Origin: Lingula anatina
Lineage: Eukaryota; Animalia; Brachiopoda
Assembly (NCBI GenBank): GCA_051362555.1
Contig: CM120643.1
Coordinates: 27,842,848 to 27,906,847 of the forward strand
Length of the DNA stretch: 64,000 nt
Direction of reading: 5' to 3'
Of the stretch, positions 40,582 to 54,305 are shown piece after piece (the first letter of the stretch is position 1; every line of letters begins with the position of its first letter). The notes under the pieces are model-generated. The model was not told where the DNA came from, searched no databases, and saw nothing but the letters and a program-made list of their open reading frames with translations. The translations under genes were made by a program, and so were the position numbers.

Positions 40582-43500
40582 TTATCCTCCCCTTCCGAAC
40601 CCCAGCTGGTCCAGCAAATTCATGTAACCCTGAAGTCCTTGGTAGGCGTTCGCAGGGGACATAGGCTGCCTCACCGGAAGCTGCTGCGCGGGGGGTCCAG
40701 CTGGACCACCTACTGGGGGTATCCCTCCCGTGTTGGAGCCCATGCCTGACAGGAAAGAAGCGGCGGCGATGGTACCATCATTGCCGTAACCCAAGTTGCG
40801 TGGCAGACCGTAATCCGGAGCGAGGAAGGAGTTATAATTCAAAAGGTATTGGGTGTTGCCGCTTGTGTCCCTGTATCCGTACCTAAACTGGCCCGGGCCA
40901 CTACTGGCAGGATTCATGTTATCCCCCTGTAGGAGACGGATCTGGCCGTCATTGGGGCGGTAGCCATAGCGAACCCCACCGCACGGTGTCGCCATCTGGA
41001 GGACAACGTTCGACGGGACGTCAAGATTGGCGATGGTGTCTGAAGACGTGTAGTAGACGTACTGCACGCGACCGCCGTACATGTTCATCATAACGACCGG
41101 TAGCATGAAGCGGTTCGGTTCACGGTAGACCAACTGGACGGCTCGACCATTGGTCAGCGGCACGGCCAAAATCCCCGAGGGGGGTAGAGCGAGGTAGCGC
41201 GTGGTTCCGGTGGCCGAGGTGTAGGTGTACTGGACTCTGCCGTCCGGCATGAACTGTGTGTCCACCCTGTAGTAGGCCCCATCCGACGACCTGTACACGA
41301 AATTGACCACGTTGGGCTGCCCCCTGGGGTCGGGCACGGCGTACACGCCCTCACAAGTCTGTGGCCCGCCCATGTATGGATCCATCACTGGAGGCGAGGT
41401 TGGTTGCTGGTTGTTATTCATTGGTATGGCCGGCATGGCGGGTAACGCATAGATGATGGTACCGTCCGGTAGCCTAATGCCATAGAGTATCCGCCCATCC
41501 GGTCCAGTGATAGGCACCGGAGTGCCAGTCTGAGGCAGGGTACCCGGATATCCGTTGTAGCCAGGAATACCAGGAACACCGGCATAGGTGGGATAGCCTG
41601 GATAAATCGGATTGCCTCCAGGAAAACCTGGAATACCGGGAATTCCTGGGATCCCTGGATATCCACCGCTGTTACCAAAACCTGGAATGCCTGGAATGCC
41701 TGGATAGCCGGGGAAACCAGGATTACTGCCAAATCCTGGAATTCCGGGAACACCGGGAACTCCTGGATATCCTGGGTAACCTGGGATGCTGCCAATGCTA
41801 CCAGGGATTCCTGGGAAACCTGGATTACTGTTGACGCCTCCTGGGATTCCTGGAATGCCTGGGATACCTGGGATACCTGGTAAACCTGGTGAGCCTAAGT
41901 AGGTTGGTACTCCTTGAGGCCTGGCTCTTATTGCACCTATCTGTGGAAAACCTGGGAAGGATGGAACACCTGGAATGCCGGGAATGATTGGAATAGTTGG
42001 AATGCCTGGAATACCGGGGATACCTGGAATACTGGGAATGCCTGGTATGCTTGGGATACCTGGGATACTTGGAATGCCAGGAATACTTGGAAAGCCAGGG
42101 ATGCTTGGAATGCCAGGAATGCTAGGAATACCTGGGATACTTGGAATACCTGGGATGCCTGGAATACCGGGAATACTTGGAATGCCTGGAATAACAGGAA
42201 TGCCTGGAACTGGAACTGAAATACCTGGGATACTTGGTCCTTGGGGTGTATTAGGATATATTGGCAGTCCGGGAAATCCGGGCAATGTTGGCATTCCTGG
42301 ATTACTGGGTAGGAAGACCGGATTGCTTTGACCTGGAATGCCTGGGATGACCGGTTGTCGTGGGAGCATCTCTAGTCCGGGGACAAATCTGATAGAGCCA
42401 TCGGGTTCGCGATAACCGTACTGTGGTCGGCCCGTGAGAGGGTTAGGGTAACGGGACAGCGGGTACGAGCTGCCGTCCGGTGCGCGGTAATAGTAGGTGA
42501 CAGTCCCGTCCGGATTGACTATAGGTGTCACTCCTGTTGGCATACTGCCCCCTGGTGTCCCCGGCTGTGGTTGGCCTGGAACAGGCTGTGTCTGTTCTCC
42601 TGGGAGAGGTACGAAGACGACCGCCCCGTCCTTAGCTCTGTATCCGTATCTTGGAGCGCCGTTAGGGTTAGGATAACGTGTCAGGGTATATGTGTTCTCG
42701 TCCGGAGCCCGGTAGATGTATCTGGTCGCTCCGCTTGGAGTTAAGGCTTCGGTTAAACCTTTGGGTATATACCCTGGGCGTCCAGGCTGAGTGGGTCGGG
42801 TGGGGCTGCTTGGTTGCCCAGGCAATGGCACGTAATAGGTATAACCTTGTGGAGTGCGGTATCTGAAGGTTGGTCGCCCGGTATCGGGATCAACGTCACG
42901 TGTGAGGACGTACGTGTTACCGTCAGGGGCTTTATACACGTAGATGATGGTACCGTCCTCGTTCATAGATATAACGATATTGGAAGGCAGGGGGGCGGCG
43001 GGCTCTCCCGGTACAGACGGCTGGGGGATAGGGATATACTGTATGGTACCATCAGGGGTGCGGTACCCGTACCTCACCGTGCCGCTGGCGGTATCGGGGT
43101 ACGGCGTCAAGTACCGGAACGCGCCATCTGGCGTTCTGTATCCGTACACGATACTGCTGTCAGGGTTAAGGAAGGGGATGACCCCAGTGGGAAGTCCGGT
43201 TGGGCGTGGACCGCCTGGCAGAGCATTGCCAGGAACAGGGTTGGTGGTGCCATCTGGTTTTATGTAGCCGTAGGTCACACCGCCATCTATCGCCGGGATT
43301 GGCTCTGCTTCGTGAACGTCTCCGCTTGGGGCGCGGTAGAGCACGACGTCTTTACTGCCACTTTGAGGCAGATCTAGCATCCCAGTGGGTGGGAAGCGAA
43401 CGTACTGCTCACTGCCGTCCTCGCCCCTGTAGACGTTCTGGATGGTTCCATCGGGTTGCCTGAACGGGATAAGTGGGTACATCTTGCCTTGGGGAGACTT

Positions 43501-45521
43501 GTAGAATAACACGCTGCCACCGTCAATAGGGTAAGGCACTGTCATGACGCCGCTCTGCGAGAGGGGGATGTCCACCCGTGAGTCGGGGGTGATCTGAATG
43601 GTGTAAGTCACAAAGTTTGGACCGTCTCCCACTGGGTCTGTTGTGGCCGTCATCTTCTGAAGTGGACCCTCTGGGGTCTGGTAGACCAGGGTGGAGTTCC
43701 CATCGTCAGAGTCTGGTGTGTTCACGACGCTGACGCCGTCAAAGGTGATTGGGACTGTTATCGCTTCGCCTGCTTCGTCTGGGTAGCCGTAACGAACGCT
43801 GCCGTACTGGGTGGCGAAAGGACGCAGATAAACGAGAGAGCCGTCCTCCTGGCGCAGCGAATAGAGAGTGCTGCCTCCAGGGAAGGGGATTGTGATGACG
43901 TTGTTCTTGGGTATCTGGAGCACCTGCGTGGATCCATCTGGGTTCTCTATGCTGTACACGGTCTCTCCGTCGGCAGTGGTCGTCGAGTCCACCGGGGTGA
44001 TCTCACCATTAGGTGCTCTGTATATGTACTGAATGTTTCCCTCCGTGGTAGGCACAGCCATTATGCCAACCGTGGGCATTGGGACATACCTTATGATTCC
44101 ATCGGGAGCCGTGAAGCCGTACCGTACAACGTTGGTCTGCGGGTCAGGGACTCGCTCTAGATCGTAGGTCAGCGTCTGTCCGTTCTCGTCTGGACCTACC
44201 ACGACTCTGAGCCGAACAACGCCATTGACTACAGCGAATATCCCGCTGCTGTAGAGGGGGAAGGGGCTTTCGTACCCCGGGGCGTCGGGAATGAACTGGA
44301 TAACCCCCTGGGGCCCGACGTAGGCGTACTTAATGTTGTTGTCATCATCAGCGTGCGGGATAAGGCTGTGGATGATGCCGTCGTCTGAGCGGTAGGTGTA
44401 GTGGAGACCGCCGCCTGGTGACTTCATGATGATGATTTGCCCCATGGGAAGATCCAGGTAGTTCACACTGCCGTCTGGTTTACGGTAACCGTACCTGGTC
44501 TTACCATCGGGACCCGCTAGTGGCACCAAATCAAACAGGGTGCCGTCAGGAGCACGGTAGGTGAACCTCTTCCTCCCCGTGATTGCTGTTGGAATGGCGA
44601 TTAGACCGGTGGGTGGCATCGCCACGTATCGCACTGTGCCCTCCGGCGTGAGATAACCGTAGCGGACAAGACCCTCTGGAGTCGGGTAGGGAACCAGGAA
44701 GTAGAGGCCGCCCTGGGGGGTTCTGTAAACGTACCGGACGCCACCGCCGGCACTTTCGACCGCCATGATCCTGTTCTCTGGCACTGTGACGTATGTGATG
44801 CTATCGTCTGGGTTCTCGTACCCGTAACGCAGCGTTCCGTCTTCTTGTGGGTACTCCTTAAGGATGTGTATGACACCGTCTGGCGTGCGGTACCAAAGCA
44901 CGCTGCCTCCGTTAACCTCGGGGCTGCTCAACACCACCTCGTGCGGAAGGGTTAGATACTGAACCCCACCGCTCGGGGTCTGGTAGCCATAGCGTGTGTA
45001 CTCATTGCCGTCCTCGTAATCAGTGACGTCATGGACGGTCCCATCGCGTGTTCTGTACCCCATGCGGTACCCTCCGTCTGGCTGTGGTGAAACCCCGCCA
45101 CTCAGAGTTGGGAAAAGTATCATCCCTGCAGGGGGCATTGAGACGTACTGCACGGCAGAGGAACCGGGGACCTGGTACCCATAACGGACGCCACCGCCAG
45201 GAGCGCTGTAGGCTGACAGGTAATAGACTTGGCCCGTGGGAGAGCGCTGGGCATAGCGAACGGTTCCGTCTTGCTGCACCACGGCGTATATGAGGCCATC
45301 TCCTGTACCTGTGGGGGTGGTGACCCCGCTGCCGAACCCTGGGTACGCCAAGTTGTACCTCCCTCCAGGGGTGAAGAAATACAAGGTACCTCCCAGGGAG
45401 CGGAAACCGTACCGGAAGTTACGGCCATCTTGGGTCGGGTAAAGAAAGTACAAGAAGACAGTTTGTTCTGTTGGTGGACGAGGGGGCACTGTCGGGGGTG
45501 CTGGAGTTGAACTGGCCATTG
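40582..45521 (-). CDS. Gene C terminal exon (4.9 kb): PDG beta-hairpin repeats plus (G/S)-I-P triplet block
   Basis: 1645-aa ORF with segments aligned to gene B, e.g. [20 protein letters not shown], [14 protein letters not shown], [13 protein letters not shown] and GLQGYMxLLDxLGFGR. Confidence 0.9.
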
Positions 45522-47648
45522 CTGAAAATGCATGGAGAAAAAGGTAAGCCTAGGTATAATGACGCATGGAAATGTAAAAAGAGGTAAAAGCTAAGACTTA
45601 TGAATGTTTGTATATCAAAATAAAGTAACCGGAAGTGCGCTGTACTCATATGTACACATGAACGCACGAACATACACACAAAACCGCATATTGAATCTAA
45701 CAATTAATCGATATTGAAGAAATGTCAGTTATCTTATTCTCTCATCACAAACCAACATAATGAACTTTAATGCAGCCATCAACTGATGTTACTAATGAAA
45801 TATAACTTTATCAAATTTATCCAAATTTAACCAAATTATTCAGAATAAATGAATTAATGGAAGAAGAGATAAATAGATCGAAGTGGGACAGATACAGAGA
45901 AAGACAGACAGACAATGGATAGACAGTGAAAAGGAAGGATCGCCAGATATCTACAGGAACCTCTTACCTGTAACAATCTGAGTGAGGGTGACGGTAAACC
46001 CGCATTCCAGGCTGACCACGAAGGTCCTCGTGACCTGTTGCCCATTGCACACCTGGGAAAACACACTGGCCGGCGTGGTCTCCCGGGTGCTGAGCACCTG
46101 GGCGCCGCCCCCTCCTCTGTTCACCACCTGGGGAGTCCCCTGGCTGCGGATCTCACCGACCGTGTTACAGGTGAGGATGTACTGGTCCGGGTCTAGAGCC
46201 AGCTGAGGTCGGTTCTTGACATTGAGGATCAAAATCTGCTCGTCTGTGTCAACATTCCCGCACTGGTCATTGACGGACCACACCCTCCTCACCGTGCTGG
46301 TGCCCGCCGCCTGGTTCTCCGCGATTACGAAGTCCTCATACTCGACGATGTGATCGTCCAGCGTTCTACATGGGGATCCCGCGTTGACGGTGGGGCGGTC
46401 GTTGAGAGCTTCGGGGGTGAACAGTTCATTGGGGCAGAGTGCGAGGTTAGTCCGGTCTTCCGGTGCCTCGATCGTTGGTGCGTTGTTGATTTCGATGGTC
46501 AAAACCTGTTCGGCTGTCTTCGGCGCCCCACAGCCGGTCCCCGCTGACCATGTGCGTGTGACGGTTCTCGTGCAGCCATCGTTACTTAATGTCGATGCGT
46601 CATCGTAAGTGACGTCAGCAGTCCCAGTACAGGCGTCACTCGCGCTGGCTGAACCTCCGGTGTTAGACAGGACGCTGATGTCTGTGCCACATTCCACACT
46701 GGCGGAGCTCGGAACAAAAGTGAAAGATACATCTGAAGGTGACGCCCTTATGGTTTGTGTCCTTGTTGCTTGCTGTCCGCAGACATCGATGGCTACGAAG
46801 GTCCGCTGGATAGTGAAGTCAGTTGGACAGGCGCCGTCCACTCTATTATCGGGCTGGCGATTAACAGGGACGCTGTCTCCGCATACGCTTGTCGCAGTGA
46901 CAGTGACATCAGGTATATTGACGGAGCTGTTGGTGACGCACGTGAGGGTGACGTCAGCGGGGAAAGCGTCAAAAGTCGGTGGTATTCCGCCATTGTTGAC
47001 TGAAATTGTCTCCGTGACAATAGTGATGAGGCCGCACGAGTCCGTAGCGTTGAACTCTCTGACCAGTTGGTAGACGTCTGCACACTGCCCAGGTATTGTG
47101 GACTCGACCACGGTGATGGGGACGGTGCGTCCACAGTATCCGACAGCCGTCACAGCATTAGAGGAGGGAACGTTGTTACACAGCGCGGTTCTGGTGGGGA
47201 CATAACCAGTGATGGCAGGTGCCGTGGTATGGGACACCGTACCCCTGTACGTGTGTGTACTCGTCTTCCCGCACTGGTCTGACGCCGTCCATGTCCGCTG
47301 GACCACCTTGTCAAATTCACAGCCCGATGCCCCGGGTATTGTCTGAGAGCTGTCGTCGGTGATTGAGGCCGCAGAACATTCTCCGACCGCTGTCGGCGCG
47401 CTGATGGCCGCCAAGTCATCTTCGCACGATACGGTCTGGAAAAATGATTACAGTATATAGTCACACTATAAAGCGACGATGACGTCGTACCAGGATGTGA
47501 TATCACAAAATCACTTCCGTGGCCACATGTGACGTCATACATAAATTGGTAGTATAATATTATATGCAATGTATACAGTGTATGCAAAGCAAACAACAAA
47601 TTAACACTTATTTCCTTTATATTGTTCATATTCTTGTAACGACGAAAG

Positions 47649-47691
<43 letters not shown>

Positions 47692-48593
47692 TATTTTACC
47701 TCATCAGGTGGTACGTTTGTAAATGTCGGTCCTCGAGTTGACACAAAAGATAATAGTTGTGGCGTGGACTGTTCGTTGTTGCAAACATCTCGTGAGATGT
47801 ACGTTCGTGTCACAGTTAGATCGCAAACATTGCCCGTGGGGAAGGGGTCCGGATCTGTGACGACGGTGAGGCCGGAGATCTCCGCACACACGGCGTTCAG
47901 TGTGATCTCAGGAACAGGCGGCAGTGGGGTGTCGCACGTGACGTTGACATCTTCCAACAGGTCTGCCGACCCGGCAGAAGCCTCGATCTGAGGAGCATTC
48001 GTGCAATAGGAACACGGATCTGAAAGTGCGAAAACGAGCCAGTAATACAAAAAATTGGAAACATTTGGGAAATCATATATCATTTACTTTTGTCATTTAC
48101 ATTCTCAACAATTATTGAAAAATAACCGAGATTAAAAGTCTCTGAATATACCACTTGTTTTGTGAAATCAATTTATGAGTACAATAAAAATGTATCTCAA
48201 TATATTAATAAAATTATCGAATTAAAACAGAGAGCGGACTGTTACCTTCACTACAAGGATGACATGCGGTAGGAGACGTGAGCACTTTCAAAGCTGTTCC
48301 ACCATTTTCTTGACAACAACTTCTCACTGACGGCGCTAACCCGGCGAAGTCGGCGCCTGGGATATCCACAGTACTTGTGCAGGACAAGTCACTATAGCAT
48401 AAAACTAGAAAAGAAATGAAGAAAAAATAGCTTGGCTTGCTACTTGGGTCGTGACTGATGTTGTTCCCGAATTATTTTTAATTAAATTTTCTCGCCCCAA
48501 AGAAGGGAGTATAACAGTCATGCTAAATATTAAGTAGTATTGTGTAGTATTATTTTTCTTCTGTATTTAGAATAAACTTTTTATCATCCAATG

Positions 48594-48671
<78 letters not shown>

Positions 48672-50036
48672 TGGACAAAAGAAGTGTCACCCCCTACCTC
48701 AGAGTAATAAAAGTAGGCAGATCTTGGGTACTTATAATGCCTGGTCTACTTATAATGTGACTAATGAGTATAAAACCGCTATACCATGGAATTGTATTGT
48801 TGGTCTTGTACATGTACAGCAAATGTTATTCCTGTCTTCCTCCAATATGGCAAGATACAGGCAATTATCTAACGGTTATAGGTGCAAGTTATTAACCTGA
48901 AGAGGCGGAATGTAAGCAATGTCATAATATCGATACAATTGAATTGTTCAGTCAGAACCGTGCAGAGGGTCTGGTCTCGGTATAGAAACTCTGGATCAAG
49001 AGACAAATTGCCTCTGATGGGTCGTCCAAGAAAAAAATACTGGCCGTGAAGACCGACGACTGATTTTGATGTCCAGGTTGTCAAAGTTCGACACTGCTTG
49101 TCAGTTGACAACACAGGGGAACAATTTCACACATAAGAATGTGTCTGCTAGGCGTCGGTTACATGCTCAGAGAGTGTACAGCAGGGTAGCAAGACTGAAA
49201 CCTCTTATATCGTTACAAAACAGGCAACGTAGAGTAAATTAGGGTCAACAGGATCTGGAACTGGACAGTTCATGACAATTGGTCCGAAATATTTTTTTTC
49301 TGATGAGTGTCGCTTTGGTCTGACCTCTGATGACAGACGGTACTATGCTGGCAAACTGCTGGTAAAGCATTTGAACCACATGCACTGAATTTTCGAACCC
49401 GGAGCAGCATATTCATCATGGTGTGGGACTGCATCAGCATCCATGGCTTGGGCGAATTGATCGTGGTTAATGGAAACATGAATCACTAGAAATATATCGA
49501 TGTTTTGGAGTCAGGCTTGCTACCATCTATTACTAACATGTTTGGTGACAGGAATTATGCATTTGTTCACCAGGATGACAATGCTCCTTGTCACAGGCCC
49601 AGAGCAGTTAATGATTGGTTTGACCAACAGGACATTCGCAGGGTGATGTGGCCTGCCCAGAGTCCGGATGCAAACATAATAGAAAATGTGTGGAATGATA
49701 TGTCAAAACTTTTCACAAATGCCCGTCTAACCAGCAGAGAAACTCTGTTATATTCATTGTTTCATGCTTGGGCCAGCATAAGCCCTGAACGCATAAGACA
49801 ATTATATGAAACCTTGCTTCGTAGACTGGCACCTATTATTAGGTCACGTGGCTATGCCACTAAGTACTAATTTTGGACTTGAAACTGCATATTTTGGTAG
49901 AATGTATATTTTGTTCTCATTTTGTGATTTTTTTGTGAAATTTGATGTTAATAAAATGATACCAGGAGCATGTCATTCCACAGTCATTTATCTCCCCCAT
50001 TGTATTGGCTCAGTAGGGGTGACACTTCTTTTGTCC

Positions 50037-50114
<78 letters not shown>

Positions 50115-50260
50115 AAATGATTGAAAATAGCAATGTTTTCCCACGAAAATATCATGAAAAAAATATAAATTACAGATTACTTACTTTGGGCGGAGCTGCG
50201 GTGGACGGCCACGCCCAGTACCACCGCCAAGACGCCAATCACAGCGTGACGTGCAGTCAT
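40582..50260 (-). CDS. Cluster gene C: secreted protein (~2320 aa), closest paralog of gene B
   Basis: Exons 50260-50185 ([25 protein letters not shown]), 48404-48246, 48019-47700, 47435-45968 and 45521-40582 (1645-aa ORF); GT-AG and phase-consistent (6963 nt). Non-coding 5' exon donor at 51099. Confidence 0.85.
45968..48019 (-). CDS. Gene C exons 3a/3b: 6+1 HYR-like Cys repeats split by a 264-bp phase-0 intron
   Basis: GAG|GTAAAA donor at 47699 and TTTTTCCAG|ACC acceptor at 47436 join NVPPDE|TVSCEDD, collinear with gene [14 protein letters not shown]. Confidence 0.85.
47649..47688. repeat. (AAT)n microsatellite inside the gene-C-specific intron
   Basis: Direct reading; explains the poly-Tyr in ORF 47601-48083. 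Confidence 0.9.
48598..48670. repeat. (TA)n microsatellite at the left flank of the Tc1 element
   Basis: Direct reading. Confidence 0.95.
48669..50040 (+). mobile_element. Tc1-family (DD34E) DNA transposon, decayed, in intron 1 of gene C
   Basis: TIRs ACTGGACAAAAGAAGTGTCACCCC(C)TAC / GTAGGGGTGACACTTCTTTTGTCCAGTG; ~1.37 kb; flanked by (TA)n on both sides, with a short (TG)n before the right-hand run. Confidence 0.92.
48847..49870 (+). pseudogene. Tc1 transposase pseudogene
   Basis: GRPRK linker, FSDECRF (D1), MVWDCI and HQDDNAPCH...[11 protein letters not shown] with 34 residues between D2 and E, ending RGYATKY. Stops and frameshifts in the 5' half. Confidence 0.9.
50049..50110. repeat. (TA)n microsatellite at the right flank of the Tc1 element
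   Basis: Direct reading. Confidence 0.95.
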
Positions 50261-51094
50261 TCTGAAATTGACAGCGACTACAATAATAGAAAGTAACACA
50301 TTAAGTCTCGCACGTAAAATAAATAAATAAATAAATTAAAGAACACATCTTCAAGTTTTTTTTATGTTTCTTTAAATGAAAAGAGTTCCCTTTTCATGAT
50401 TTTAATAACAGTCATGGGATGACACGTATGAGAATAAAGAAATTTGAAGATGGTTTCCTTTTAAACCGATCTTCGCACTTATTTAAACTTACAAACCCAT
50501 TTTACAACGCACTACTCGACTACAACGAATGATAGCTATGAGAGTCCATCTCTTTGCTTAAAACAAGTACTAGGTCAGTAGTCAACACATAAATATCTGA
50601 GAGGACGTCGATAGCAAAATGACTATGAATGGATTCACATCCAGTACACCCCAGTATTTTAGCCCACGCCAAATATATGGGTAAATCTCAGAAATTTTCT
50701 ATACACGGTGTGAAGTTTGAAGCGCTTGTTTTTAATATTTCTGTGACAAATGCATACATGTATATCACAAAACAACATCCAAATTCAACATCATCCTGTT
50801 ATCAAGGTGACCGAAAATCTAGAAATTTCTAGAAGATAAAGAAAAATAACAAAAAAAAGGTATTATGGCCATTAGCATATTTCTATTGTGTTCTCTTCTT
50901 TTACTAACAGTTAACAAAATTATTTACACATAAAGTATGATATGATATGATATGATACCTCGAAATGAGCTACAAAGAATGTTCTTACAGAATAGTTCAA
51001 CGATGATATTTAAATGTAAGTAAATATTCCGCCAAAGTACCACTCAGTGCCCTTTTTCTTTAGAAATTTTGTGAGCTACGTGTGTCTAATTCTA

Positions 51095-51335
51095 CTTACC
51101 TTTCTCTGTTCCTGCGTCCGCGAGCGGACGACTTCTCGAGATGTTACTGCAAGGTAGGCGACCCCGCTTATAACAAAGCGTTGGAAGAAGGCATTCTTAT
51201 TATTAATTACTCAAACAATGACGTAACTTAACTTCCTGTGGACACTTCCCAAAGTTGTCGCTGATTTATGCCTTACAACATTTCATCCAATGAGAACTCA
51301 GTAAATTTTATGCCCGCAAGGTGATCACATGAGCA
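51095..51335 (-). promoter_or_regulatory. Gene C non-coding first exon and TATA promoter
   Basis: Donor at 51099, TATAAG on the minus strand at 51167-51172; motif order matches the gene B promoter. Confidence 0.65.
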
Positions 51336-53083
51336 CAGACAGCGATGATATATTTGAAGGCGTATTGGTCCAAATGTCCAATGTAAATGTAATTTGACAT
51401 CGCCTTCGGATAGTGTTACTCCCTTGTAACTGTCTCCCACGTGCATATTTCACTGACTGTCAATAATTTCAATTCTTTAGTTAATGTCTTAAATCATTAC
51501 GATGAAAGAAAGTAGTAAACGCATATTAACTTGTGAATAATATGCAATTTCGTGATAATAATTTTGCATCATACCATAATAAAGCTGAACAAATGAATGT
51601 CCCAAAAGCAAAAGTAGCAATGCTGTGAATAAGTTACTCAAATGAAGAATCTGAATTTAGTGAAATGTAAACGACATTTTGTTTTTATTAGTATTTTTAC
51701 TTGCCTCGGAAATCTTCACAAAATTTAGTTTACGCAGGGCCTTTAAAAGTCGACTTCTTTGACTGATGGATTTTTATTTCTATATATAGGAATCAAGATG
51801 TTTTCAAAACTGCTTTATCCATTGGATCCTTTTAAATTACCAATAGCTTTTATGGATATACCGACGAATTTCTTTTATGCGTAGTGCAGAATTTGCTAAA
51901 ATATTTCACTATATTAAAACTATTTTATAAATTACTTTAGCGTCCAAGATATCCTAGTAATAATAAATTTTCAGTTGTCATGGTATTATCACAGCAACTA
52001 TGTGGACACATGTATTTTGGTGCTTTAATCTTACATATCGCTGCCGTCTAGATTTTCAATTTGTTTTTTTTATAATTGTTTGGTGCTTGGAGTTTATTAA
52101 TGATACTTCAAGCATAAACAAGCGAAAAATATTTTCTATCTGTCTGCTGTTTGTTTAATTAGCTCACACACGAAAAAGAAAAAAGATCGAAAAGCTTTTT
52201 TATTTGGCTAAAACCAGTGATCAACTGACTTAAGTGATGAATAAATGTGAGTGAATTAATCACTACACCAACAGTCGTCACGTCAGTATACATGCTACAG
52301 ATACGACATTCTGATAAGGTTTTTTTTTTTTATTTTTGTTTAAAAACCGCAAATTTGTTTATTTCGCGTTGTTTTAATGAAAAGCCATGGTTGAGGTGGG
52401 ATAATAACACAGTTATCAGGAGGCATAGGAAAACACGCTATTACAGCGTCATACAATGTATATACCAAATTGTCACATCGTACAATGTACCCAGTATTTC
52501 TGGACATTTCTTTGCCGTAATACAGCACAGGAACTCCGTACCATGGTCACAAGGAGAAACTTTCCCATAGATATTCATGTTTCTCTGGCTATTCACTAGC
52601 TGTGCACGTTTCTACATGTATACTTTGAGAATTGCTGCACAGAAATGACATTAATATCTAGTTGGACACTGGTGTCGAGCAACTTATATACAGATGTCAT
52701 CTCCCGCTCTTCATTCTTGTGGCCAGTGGCCATACATGGTCAGTATCAGAGACCCATCCCACGGCCGGAATGGCCTTAGGTTAACGAAAGCGGAAGCGTC
52801 TTTTACTGCTTGTGGTTGATAGGGATTCAATTGATAGACTAAATGAAGAGTTACGAAAGAGCAGGGTGTTTTTATTCTATTGCTGTGAATTTTATTGTAC
52901 AATTTTTATCCAAAACTGAGCCATTTTTTACAATAGGACAGCAAATTGATCTTTAATCAGTTTTAAAAGAAAATTTTTACAAAAATAAATTTTCGACGAC
53001 AAATATCAAATATGAATGTAAATGTGGGCGCAACCAGCTGTGTGTGTATGTGTGCTATTTTAATACATTTTAATTCATGGAAT

Positions 53084-53114
<31 letters not shown>

Positions 53115-53184
53115 AACGTTTTAATATATCAATTTAAACGAACAGATGAGTGTGTGTGCGTTCACGAGTGTGTGTGCGTGTGGT

Positions 53185-53456
53185 CAGGGGCGGATCCAGG
53201 ATTTTTTGAAGGGGGGGGGCTGGAACGACAGGCCTCTAATGCGAATCCGACCATCGCCACCTTGATGTGGGGTTCTTGGCCTGCTCGAGGGCCCCGAAAA
53301 TTTTTTGGTGTTTTGGAGAGCAAACAGTGCCCTTTGGTACGGCTTAGATCTATGAATTAGACAACAAAAATTCCAATTTCAAGTGGGGAATATTGGTGTG
53401 TTATATTTTTCAGAAACCGAAGGGGGGTCAGGACCCCCCCTCTAAATCTGCCACTA
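53185..53456. mobile_element. Putative short non-autonomous element with CAGGGGCGGATCCAG-type termini
   Basis: Left end CAGGGGCGGATCCAGG, degenerate right end CTAAATCTGCCACTA; the same left terminus also occurs at 19161. Confidence 0.4.
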
Positions 53457-54305
53457 TGTGTGCTAGTGTTATAAATGCATGGAATATACATGTACCTCTC
53501 GAGTCAAAGAAATGACAACAGGAAATAGCATAGGTCTTTACAATCATGCTTCGTTACATGTATGTTGAATGGGTCTAGGAGGGGTTTCTCTTACGTCTCC
53601 TTTGAAAGCAAGAGTCGAACGCTGCCATTAGGGATAAGATGCCCTTTATTGACATTTCTGAATCAAACACGTGTCGTTATTTGTCCCAAAAAATTACACA
53701 TATTGTGTTTACACCTAGTTATTTGATCTAGTTGGTGAATGCGTGATACAGGCGAAAATGGATTTCTGTATATGACACTAAATATTTATGGATGACGTAA
53801 AAGTATTGCTACAAAACTGCAACTACACCCATATAAATTTATATTGACACACATACAAATAAATTTCATATTGTTATTAATTCAGATATTTCTCTTAGAT
53901 TAAAGTAGCAATAAAGGTGACAATGCTTTCGTAAATTTGACAAAAAATTCCTTTTCCACCAGGTTAACACAGCCCATTTTCTTACTGAGAATCATCTTGT
54001 TTACGACCACATTCGCTACCGGAGAAAAGTTCACGCTGCTTGTAGAAAGTTCATATAAGGTCAAAATTCAAAAAGATAGTTTCTTCTAAGCTAGTTAAAG
54101 TTCCACTGCCTCTGTAGTAATCCAATACATGTATATAAAGAAGTACAGAATACTACATGATAGTTAAATGATAATTTAAATCGCATATGAAAAGTACCGG
54201 ATATAATAATAAATTGCTACCTCTTTAAACAGTAACGATACTTCAAAGGAAATAAAAGATGGAAATTGACATGTCATGAAGGTGTATAAAAGGCGGGTTA
54301 AATGT

